Positions 41,166 to 48,629 of a stretch of DNA of 64,000 nt are shown one piece after another. Both the position numbers and the translations under genes were made by a program. The DNA comes from Deltaproteobacteria bacterium (GTDB lineage Bacteria > Desulfobacterota > SM23-61): contig VGSF01000018.1 of the NCBI GenBank assembly GCA_016875165.1, positions 399 through 64,398 of the forward strand, given 5' to 3'. The notes below the pieces were generated by a model, which did not search any database, had not been told where the DNA came from, and was given only the letters and a program-made list of their open reading frames with translations. The stretch's first letter is position 1. The number at the start of each line of letters is the position of its first letter.

Positions 41166-41255
41166 TCGATCCCGCGATGCGCGGGACTCAGGGCACGCCC
41201 AACCCCCTCCCGCCAGGAGAGAGGGAAAGGACGCTGTATTGCCCGGATAGAAGAA

Positions 41256-41942
41256 TCAAGGGTTAATGGGGTGATATACCCTGGTCCTCGACATAAGTTT
41301 CTTTATGCTATCTTTCGGGAACCACAAATCTATTTCCTTGAAGGTTACTTTGAGCTTGCCTAATTCCTCTCTAAAATTATGGATATTCTTTTGGGGTATA
41401 GCTACGACACCAGCTCCTACACGCATCCCCTGCAATGTTTGAACGATTCCCAATTTTTCGCTCTCATACGATTTATCCTTTATAAGTTTTCTTGTTTTTT
41501 GACCATATAATATCCTTTTAACTTTCATCTTATTCTTAGGATTCAAATTCGCAAGGCCAAACGTTACAAGCACATAATGTTCTAATTCCAAACCGTTAAC
41601 TGTTATTGAAGGAGACCTCGAAAATAAAAGGATCCCTTCCTTCATCACCACTTCCATAAAATGATCATCTAAGCCTGCAAAGTTTTTGTTTGTGAAAATA
41701 AGTTGAATACTTTTCCCGTATTCTTTCTCCAGGCTAAAAGCGAGTTCCGAGATTCTCGTTCTTGCTTCAACTTCTTCAAAATCCCTGTTATAGGAATCCA
41801 AAACTACCAACAAATCTATATCAGATCGTCTATCGGCATCGCCTTTGGCTACCGACCCAAATAAGAATATGTGAGCGACTTCCTCTACCGAGGCGTGCTT
41901 TGCAAATTTAAAAACCAAGTCTTTAAATTCATCTTGTATCAT
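41256..41942 (-). CDS. Nucleotidyltransferase with a C-terminal ferredoxin-like (Cas2/PaaX-middle-like?) domain
   Basis: LFGSVAKGDADRRSDIDLLVV NTase motif. The C-terminal half (HYVLVTFGLANLNPKNKMKVKRILYG ... LQGMRVGAGVVAIP) has a Cas2-like beta-alpha-beta pattern. An ATGA overlap links it to the upstream gene. Confidence 0.6.
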   Translation of the reverse strand: MIQDEFKDLVFKFAKHASVEEVAHIFLFGSVAKGDADRRSDIDLLVVLDSYNRDFEEVEARTRISELAFSLEKEYGKSIQLIFTNKNFAGLDDHFMEVVMKEGILLFSRSPSITVNGLELEHYVLVTFGLANLNPKNKMKVKRILYGQKTRKLIKDKSYESEKLGIVQTLQGMRVGAGVVAIPQKNIHNFREELGKLKVTFKEIDLWFPKDSIKKLMSRTRVYHPINP

Positions 41943-42298
41943 TCTGGCACTCCGCAAATTGCTTCAACAAATCGAAAGAGCTCTTGCGTCCTTCTAAGTT
42001 TCTTACCGTCAATTGCTCCTCCATAAATCTGTCCGGGCCTTATCTGATTTTCAATCTCTTGAAATGACCTCCAAACCTTTTCAGTATTCTCTCCAAAAAT
42101 CTCTTGATTATTTTCCAGGATCAATCTGACCTTCTGAAGTTTCTCAAGGTGAATTCCCAACTCAGCTGCTTTCGATTCTATTAAATGGAAAAGAGCATTA
42201 AAGTAAGCTTCTATCCTTGTCGGAATTGAATTTATTTCATTTTCGGCATCGTGCTTGAACATGAGATACTTCTCCTTATGAGAGTTAGAATCCGACAC
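41939..42298 (-). CDS. HEPN-like helical partner protein
   Basis: AYFNALFHLIESKAAELGIH resembles the ..YYAxFHAxxALL..GI..H.. helix of KNTase_C-type HEPN domains. The Rx4-6H motif is not obvious. Confidence 0.4.
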   Translation of the reverse strand: MSDSNSHKEKYLMFKHDAENEINSIPTRIEAYFNALFHLIESKAAELGIHLEKLQKVRLILENNQEIFGENTEKVWRSFQEIENQIRPGQIYGGAIDGKKLRRTQELFRFVEAICGVPE

Positions 42299-42412
42299 AT
42301 TCTTCTCTTTTCGTCATACTATATCACGAAAGTGCGGTTTTTGTTGTATTTCGTTATATTATATTGCGAATTATCCGAAATTAAATTGCCCAGACCACCA
42401 TGAAAACCGATT

Positions 42413-42520
42413 GTGTGAAAAATGGGACCTTCGGGCAGAAGGGACCTTAGATTCTTTATTCTTAGATAAAAAGGTCCCCCATTCCCCAGCATAAAAAAAA
42501 TCTCCAGGATTACGGATCTT
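42413..42520 (-). repeat. Direct repeat H, copy 1
   Basis: GTGTGAAAAATGGGACCTTCGGGCAGAAGG...CATTCCCCAGCATAAAAAAAATCTCCAGGATTACGGATCTT aligns to 43852-43953. Confidence 0.7.
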
Positions 42521-42596
42521 CATAAATTCCTTTGGGCCCCCGCTTTATAAAAGGGACATCCTAAGCTGAAAACTAATTTTCATTCTTGGAGTTTCC

Positions 42597-42770
42597 GTCG
42601 CTAAGTTCCAATGGATTTTCAGTGGTTATCCAGATCTCTGTCTTTTCGATCTTCATAGATATCAATGTAAGTGTCAGCGGTTAAGGAATGGCGCGACCCA
42701 GGGCTGTGGCTGCCTCCCCCTCACCCTACCCTCTTTCACGAGGGGAGAGGGAGCTGGAGGGAGGAGCATA
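42597..42770 (-). repeat. Direct repeat D, copy 2
   Basis: It carries MKIEKTEIWITTENPLELSDG, then diverges (..NSKNEN-stop). Confidence 0.75.
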
Positions 42771-42799
42771 TTCAAGAGGGGAGAGCGGTTGTTATCTGA

Positions 42800-43495
42800 T
42801 TATCCTGATTTTCCGATACTCTTTTTTATCAGTTTTCTCGCCAGCCCTTTAAAGAAAACAGCCATCTCCTGGTCTTGACATTCTTTCTTCATATTCAGCA
42901 GTTCTACTCCCTTTTCCGGACATTCCAAGAACCTTCCTTGAAGGATATACCTTAACCCTTTGATGCCGAATTTTTGTTCCGTGGCCTCGACCATTTCATC
43001 GATGGACGGTTTTGGACAATCTCTCAAGATAAAATAAATGTCCACATAGTCTTTCACATCCTTCCTGTCTGTCAATGCCATGAATTTATTAGCCAAGATG
43101 TCGAGGATGCTATCAACCTGTATTCCCTCAACCCTCTTGAATGGTTTAATCGTTTTAAATGGATATTTTGTGAATTCCACTTTTAAGTATCCAGCGTCTC
43201 GGTACCGGATTATGAATATTTTTCTATCGAACTTCCTTTCGAGATTTAAATCTTGAACCTCCGGTAGGGATTTCAAAAAGGCCAAAATGAGTTCTGTTTC
43301 AACCTCCTCCTCGGTGAAGAAGTCGAGGTCTTCCGATAGACGATGTCGGAGGAAAAAGGCTGACAAAGCGGTCCCAGCCGTAATATAAAACTTCGAAGCC
43401 CCGGGCCATTCTGCAAAATGCCTTAATAAGATCTTCTGATGTTTTGTAAGAATAGGATTATTTTTTATTTTTTCCACTCTTCTCCTCCCAGGCAT
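42800..43495 (-). CDS. Nucleotidyltransferase AbiEii/AbiGii-family toxin (DUF1814)
   Basis: FYITAGTALSAFFLRHRLSEDLDFFTEEEV and ..VKDYVDIYFIL.. Confidence 0.7.
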   Translation of the reverse strand: MPGRRRVEKIKNNPILTKHQKILLRHFAEWPGASKFYITAGTALSAFFLRHRLSEDLDFFTEEEVETELILAFLKSLPEVQDLNLERKFDRKIFIIRYRDAGYLKVEFTKYPFKTIKPFKRVEGIQVDSILDILANKFMALTDRKDVKDYVDIYFILRDCPKPSIDEMVEATEQKFGIKGLRYILQGRFLECPEKGVELLNMKKECQDQEMAVFFKGLARKLIKKSIGKSG

Positions 43496-43730
43496 TCTTG
43501 TATTCTTCTACGAGCAGTCTTGTGGTCTCATCCATCCTAAGCTTTCCCATCATTTTGTAAAGCCTAAACACGGTCTCTCTATCCCGGCCATAAACCGGGA
43601 AAAAATCGGCTATCCTTTGAAGCCTCCACAGTGGATCATCGGGAGGCTTTTTGTAATCCCATAGCAGCTCTTTGGGAATCTCAATTGCTTGGGCGTTCGT
43701 TCGTTTAATAACAATTCTCTTTTGACCCAT
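43458..43730 (-). CDS. Antitoxin-like partner of the AbiEii-type gene
   Basis: 90-aa ORF overlapping the toxin start. ..LWDYKKPPDDPLW.. resembles the partner at 7831-8172 (..FFWDYDFKKL..). Confidence 0.45.
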   Translation of the reverse strand: MGQKRIVIKRTNAQAIEIPKELLWDYKKPPDDPLWRLQRIADFFPVYGRDRETVFRLYKMMGKLRMDETTRLLVEEYKNAWEEKSGKNKK

Positions 43731-43851
43731 TTATAAATCTCCTCTTTTCACTTGTATTTAGGCACTTGTTGGGTTAAAAATACTCCCCCTTGAATCTTCA
43801 AAACAGATTTTCAGGTATTGCTGAAAGTCCATATACAAGTTTATGGGTCTG

Positions 43852-43953
43852 AGTGAAAAATGGAACGTTCGTGCAGAACGTGCATCACATTCCTTATTCT
43901 TAAAAAAGTTGCCTCATTCCCCAGCATCCCAAAAATCTCCGGGATTCAGGATT
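43852..43953 (-). repeat. Direct repeat H, copy 2
   Basis: AGTGAAAAATGGAACGTTCGTGCAGAACGT...CATTCCCCAGCATCCCAAAAATCTCCGGGATTCAGGATTT. Confidence 0.7.
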
Positions 43954-44137
43954 TAAAGGCAAAAGCGATGTTACGAGTTTCCGGTTCCAAGTTTCAGGTT
44001 ATTATTCCGGCAACCAAATACAACAAAAATAATCATTCCCGTGAAGGCGGGTATCCAAGAAAATACTGGATGCCGGATCAAGTCCGGCAAGACGGAGTTA
44101 ATCTTTTATATTATCTGGTTAATAAAAATTCTTTATT

Positions 44138-44695
44138 TCAAACCGTGGCTTTATAGCAAGATCTTTTTTTCCGTAGCTGAAATCCAATCTTTTTCTTTCG
44201 AGTTTCCCTTTCCACCATCAATTGCCGGATTGCTGATACGAGAGATCGGATTGCCTCGTCATGACTGCCAATTTTCCGTTCTAATTCGGCAAATTTTAAG
44301 GCTAATTCCTTATGGCTGGCTAACATTTCACGCAGTTTAACGAAAGCTCGCACCACATATACACTGACTTCTGTGGCCCGTGGCGTATTGAGGATGGCAG
44401 CCAACATGATCGCCCCATGCTCAGTGAAGGCAAATGGAGCATAGCGTTGTCCACCTCGGCCCATTTTTGAGGTCGCAATTTGCGACCTCAAAAAATCGAT
44501 TTCTGATGGATCCAATTGAAACACAAAGTCATCAGGAAAACGGTCTTTATTCCGTTTCACCTTTTCATTCAGGCGCTTGGTGGGCACTCCATAAAGCTTG
44601 GCAAGATCAGCATCCAGCATAACCTTCTTGCCGCGGATAAATAAGATCACATGTTGCATGCGCTCAATTGGAATCGGAGGTTTTATTTTGGTCAT
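44138..44695 (-). CDS. ORF6N-domain DNA-binding protein
   Basis: ..IRGKKVMLDADLAKLYGVPTKRLNEKVKRNKDRFPDDFVFQL..QRYAPFAFTEHGAIMLAAIL.. Confidence 0.7.
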   Translation of the reverse strand: MTKIKPPIPIERMQHVILFIRGKKVMLDADLAKLYGVPTKRLNEKVKRNKDRFPDDFVFQLDPSEIDFLRSQIATSKMGRGGQRYAPFAFTEHGAIMLAAILNTPRATEVSVYVVRAFVKLREMLASHKELALKFAELERKIGSHDEAIRSLVSAIRQLMVERETRKKKIGFQLRKKRSCYKATV

Positions 44696-45176
44696 ATTTT
44701 ACCTTTGAAAATAGGATGTGAAAAGCAGATCCCCATGATATAAAATCATTTGGCGCCGGGGTGATTCCGCTGAAGACATGGAGCGGCTGATTGGGGTTGG
44801 CTATTACTTCGCTGATAGTCTGGATGAGATGGAATAGGCGCTGTGTTTTCATTTTGCTCCCAGATAATTCAAGGTAAATTTGAATTCCAGGAAAATCAAA
44901 GCGCCAGTCTCAATTTGGCGACTGGGAAGAATGATTCTGAAACACTTACTGGCAAGGATGCGGCTTCATCTCGATCTCGAAATACGAAATATACAGAATC
45001 CGCAGGAAAAGTCAAGAAAAACTGCCATTCCCAAGGTTCGTGTCATTTATCCCGGCATTCGCCGGACGGACTCCAAATTTATCTTTGGGAGTGACCCGGC
45101 GAACGGTGAAATGTTTGACGAAATCTTAAACTCTCTTCCGGTTCCTTGCCAAATTTGAGGAAAGTTTCTCTTTAAC

Positions 45177-45470
45177 CTATTCATTGAGTCTGCGCCCCAG
45201 GTCTGCATTGGTAGCCAGCATTCGCCGCAGGCGCACGAAAGCTCTCATAATTTCTATGTTGACGTAAATCGCGCGGTCACTCCGCAGGACGGTGGAGAGC
45301 ATGGCCACTCCTTGTTCGGGAAAGCCATCGGGAGATATTTGGAATGTTCTCCTCTTTTAAAGGTGCCAATTTGGCGCCTTACACCATCATACTCCTCGCT
45401 GGTCAATTCAAACCTGAAGTCCGGTGATAATAGGAAATCGTCGCTGGCAAAGCTGAAATTATGGCTCTGG
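45177..45470 (-). pseudogene. 5'-truncated, frameshifted second ORF6N-domain gene
   Basis: The minus strand reads ..[24 protein letters not shown].. and, in another frame, ..[46 protein letters not shown]-stop. Confidence 0.5.
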
Positions 45471-45509
45471 AGTCTTCAAGATCACATTTTGAGATCTTGA
45501 TCGGAAAAA

Positions 45510-45611
45510 GACTTCAAACCTTTGAGAGAGTTTCCGGGCATTGGGGTATCGCCTTGCTTTAATCTGCCCGTGAAACCAGTGGTAGCGCTCATAAGAAAGT
45601 TTCTTACCCAC
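45510..45611 (-). pseudogene. N-terminal HTH fragment of a WYL-type regulator
   Basis: GTG-GKKLSYERYHWFHGQIKARRYPNARKLSQRFEV.. then loses similarity. The identification is from memory of YafY/WYL-family N-termini. Confidence 0.3.
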
Positions 45612-45829
45612 TACAGTACCCCCTAAACTCCGAAGACAGAGTGAATCCGGGTAAAGGCTATCATGGGTCGATGGTGAGGGACCAGAAAGGATGAGAGCGA
45701 AGGCATTGCGCCCTTACGCTGGGATTATATGAAATCGGAGCAATAGGATCAAGAGATTTTTAGGGAGGAATTCCCCTCTCTGGAAAAGAGGGGTGAGGGG
45801 AGATTTTGGGAAAAGATGTCTGGTCAATT

Positions 45830-45940
45830 ATGATGGTTTCGCAAAAAGCCCTTTTTGTCCCATTTTTGTCATACCCGCGAAATCTGGACTCCTGCTTTCG
45901 CAGGAGTGACTGCTTTTTCGCCTTTTTTCGAGATCATCAA
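45830..45940. mobile_element. MITE family B, short copy
   Basis: TATGATGGTTTCGCAAAAAG ... TTTTCGAGATCATCAA ends with a hairpin core (CTCCTGCTTTCGCAGGAG). Confidence 0.5.
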
Positions 45941-45941
45941 T

Positions 45942-46652
45942 TTATGAACCAGCCAAGGCTACGAACTCCTTGAAAAGTCTTCTGCTGGCTTCGCTCGCCG
46001 GGTCTTTTTCCGGATGCCACTGGATACCTATAACCTTGGGAAAATCGGGCAGTTCGATTCCTTCAAACAGGCCATCAGGTGACCTGGCGTTGACTTTCAG
46101 GCCATTTCCGAGAACCTTGACAGCCTGATGATGGGTGCTGCATACGTCAAACTCCCGCATATCTCCCAAAAATTCGGCCAACTTTGACCCGGTCTCCACT
46201 TGTACCCGGTGCATCGCAGGTGGTTTTCTCTCCCTTTGCCGGTGCAACAGCGAACCAGGCCTTTGAGTGTCCAGATCTTGATAAAGAGACCCGCCGAGGG
46301 CAACGTTCATAACTTGCATGCCGTGGCAAATCGCCAGGATTGCCTTGCCTGCTTTTAAGGTCGCCCGAAAAAATTGGAGGTCGAACTCCGTCCGCTGATC
46401 CGGGGATAGGCTGATGGGGGCTGTTATTTCTTCTCCGTAAAAAGAAGGGTGAATATCCGCCCCGCCAGTCAAAACCAGCCCATCGATTAAACTTAAAGCC
46501 TCCTTAAAAAATTCCGGTGAAGGAAGCGGGGGAAAATGCACCGGCATTCCCCCGGCTTCCCCTATGGCCTGGGCATAAGCGATGTCAAGAAAGTTGAGCC
46601 GCTTTTCTCCTTTTATGCTGAGTTCCAGGGTAATGGCGATTCGAGGTTTCAT
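45942..46652 (-). CDS. Class I glutamine amidotransferase / gamma-glutamyl-GABA hydrolase-like (peptidase C26)
   Basis: ILAICHGMQVMNVALGGSLYQDL and ..IQWHPE.. Confidence 0.8.
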   Translation of the reverse strand: MKPRIAITLELSIKGEKRLNFLDIAYAQAIGEAGGMPVHFPPLPSPEFFKEALSLIDGLVLTGGADIHPSFYGEEITAPISLSPDQRTEFDLQFFRATLKAGKAILAICHGMQVMNVALGGSLYQDLDTQRPGSLLHRQRERKPPAMHRVQVETGSKLAEFLGDMREFDVCSTHHQAVKVLGNGLKVNARSPDGLFEGIELPDFPKVIGIQWHPEKDPASEASRRLFKEFVALAGS

Positions 46653-46668
46653 AGTCTCAAAATATTTT

Positions 46669-46853
46669 TCGCAACACTTTAGCCCTTTGAAAAAAGTCTA
46701 CGTTTTGTCATTCCCGTGAAGCTTGTCCTCGCGAAAACGGGGAACGGGAATCCAGAACCCATTAGGAAAAATCCTGGATTCCTGCTTTCGCAGGAATGAC
46801 GCCCTTAAAAATCACCCTGTTCGGGATAGTTTTCAAAAAGCTAAAGTAATACC
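46669..46853. mobile_element. Chimeric MITE: family A termini around a family-B-like hairpin core
   Basis: TCGCAACACTTTAGCCCTTTGAAAAAAG ... TTTTCAAAAAGCTAAAGTAATACC. A 6-bp duplication TATTTT is at 46663-46668 and 46854-46859. Confidence 0.65.
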
Positions 46854-46865
46854 TATTTTTAAATT

Positions 46866-47561
46866 TTATATTGAAATGTTATTCAATAATTCTTGAGAAA
46901 CTTCTTTAACTCCTAACCGGCCATCAAGCTCGATAATTTTAAACCCGGCGCCGGTATTTTTAACTTTTTCTTTGAAGTAGTTGACCGCAGCAAGGGTGCC
47001 GCTTTCCTGGTCGTAGTAAATGGCATGTCTTTTGTCAATGGCCACTTCATCCTGATCATCCGATCTGGTCTTCAATTCCCCGCCGCAAACCCGGCAAGCC
47101 ATATTTCCGTCTTTCTGGATTGGCTTTATGGCCTCAATGAAAATATTATTCGGATGGTTATTGTCGTTGAGGCATAGTCTCCGCCCCATGATCCGGTTCT
47201 TGGAGGTTTGGCGATCCAACACGATTTCGATCACGTAATCCAGTTGCAAATTTTCTTTGTTCAGGGCGTTATCGAGCTGTTTGGCCTGGTTGACGTTCCG
47301 CGGAAATCCATCTAAAAGCCATCCTTTAGCGCAGTCAGGCTGTTTCAACCGGCTAAGAATCATGGGGATGGTGATGTGGTCTGGAACCAATTCCCCCCGG
47401 TCGATGTGTTGCTTGGCCTTGCTTCCCAGTTCCGTTCCTTTTGATATATTATCCCGGAAGATGACTCCTGTTTCGATGTGTTGAATGTTGAATTGTTTCT
47501 GAAGAATGGCTCCCTGGGTGCCTTTCCCGCTCCCGTTGGGGCCGAATAACAAAATATTCAT
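46866..47561 (-). CDS. adk: Adenylate kinase (long lid type)
   Basis: MNILLFGPNGSGKGTQG P-loop and a lid containing CRVCGGEL. Confidence 0.9.
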   Translation of the reverse strand: MNILLFGPNGSGKGTQGAILQKQFNIQHIETGVIFRDNISKGTELGSKAKQHIDRGELVPDHITIPMILSRLKQPDCAKGWLLDGFPRNVNQAKQLDNALNKENLQLDYVIEIVLDRQTSKNRIMGRRLCLNDNNHPNNIFIEAIKPIQKDGNMACRVCGGELKTRSDDQDEVAIDKRHAIYYDQESGTLAAVNYFKEKVKNTGAGFKIIELDGRLGVKEVSQELLNNISI

Positions 47562-47939
47562 CTCGATCTCCTTGTCTTTTCAAGTTATTAACACCCCCAC
47601 CCCAACCCTCCCCCATCGAGGGGGAGGGAATTTTGGATCCCCCAGTATCTCCCCTCCCCTGGCGGGAGGGGGTTGGGGGGAGGGGGATAGAAAAGGAAAT
47701 TCCTATACAATCAAGTTAAGTGAGTATGCTTTTTCCGCGACTGCCCACGGAAAAAAAGGCCCGCCTCAGACGGGCAGCGAAAAGTCCTGAAATCCCCCCT
47801 AACCCCCCTTTGGCAAAGGGGGGAAAGGGGGATTTATCGGCAGGCATTTCCTTCTTACAAACATGTTTGTTTTAATGAGGCGCTAAGCGCCTAAAGTGCC
47901 TAAAGTTAAAAAAGCAAATTCCTATACAATAAATTTATT

Positions 47940-48038
47940 GGGACACAGATTTTCACAGATAACCGCAGATAATAATTTCTTTTTATTTTATCCCGATAAT
48001 CTGTGTACACCCATGTCCAAAAAGGAATTTCCTATACA
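47940..48038 (+). repeat. Family C repeat plus AAAAGGAATTTCCTATACA box
   Basis: GGGACACAGATTTTCACAGATAACCGCAGATAAT...ATCCCGATAATCTGTGTACACCCATGTCC is paralogous to 58408-58508. Confidence 0.6.
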
Positions 48039-48050
48039 CCTAAAATATTT

Positions 48051-48327
48051 TGTATCAATTTAGCGGTTTGAAAAAGTGGTTTTACCACCTTTGTTGAGGT
48101 CCGGGGGTCTGGGTGGAACGCGCCGGAAGCATCGGCCGGGTTTCCGCTTGGCCACGAAGAACCCCGCTCGTTTCCGCCGGAGGAGGCGGGGAGCGTTTTC
48201 CCCGCCCCGTCCGCGAAGAAATCAGCGCCTTATGATTCCAATCCCGCCATGGCGGAACCAGGCCCCCGGACCATGGATTCCCTCTGACCTTACGCTCCAC
48301 CTCTTTTCAAAGGGCTAAAGTGTTACA
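48051..48327 (+). mobile_element. MITE family A, copy A3
   Basis: TIRs as in A1. A 6-bp duplication ATATTT is at 48045-48050 and 48328-48333. Confidence 0.75.
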
Positions 48328-48378
48328 ATATTTTTAAACCCAGAATTCACAGAGGACGCAGAGAAAAAACAAAATCGG

Positions 48379-48530
48379 TTACTTAATTTTCCTTATATCC
48401 TGTTCTTTACCGACCACCGCCAAAATATCGCTGTCTTTTATCACAAAATCAGCGGAGGGGATCATTTGAATCCGATCGGTGAGGACATCTCTGGAAGCAA
48501 TCACGCCAATGTGCTGCCTTTTCCATTTCC
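48379..48530 (-). pseudogene. C-terminal TrkA-C-like domain remnant
   Basis: The minus strand reads ..HIGVIASRDVLTDRIQMIPSADFVIKDSDILAVVGKEQDIRKIK-stop with no gene body upstream. Confidence 0.4.
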
Positions 48531-48629
48531 CTTAAAATTTGGAGTATAGACCAAAAAGGTCATTTTTACCACCGCAAAAACCCTTTGCATTCGCCCATAA
48601 AAATGATATAAATAATTCACCTGGAGGTA

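Noticed and set aside
40825-41255. CreTA-like RNA toxin-antitoxin (degenerate CRISPR repeat, psi-repeats) in the intergenic region upstream of cas8b
   Set aside because: By eye I found no sequence resembling the 37-nt repeat or its ATTGAAAC / GTTGAAG ends in this region. It is instead occupied by repeat D and the truncated RAMP-like ORF.
48051-48327. Family A core as a HEARO/omega-RNA of IS200/IS605-type elements (Y1 transposase genes are present in the window)
   Set aside because: IS200/IS605 elements lack TIRs and target duplications. Family A has about 25-nt TIRs with TG..CA ends and 6-bp duplications, and no IscB/TnpB gene is adjacent to any copy.
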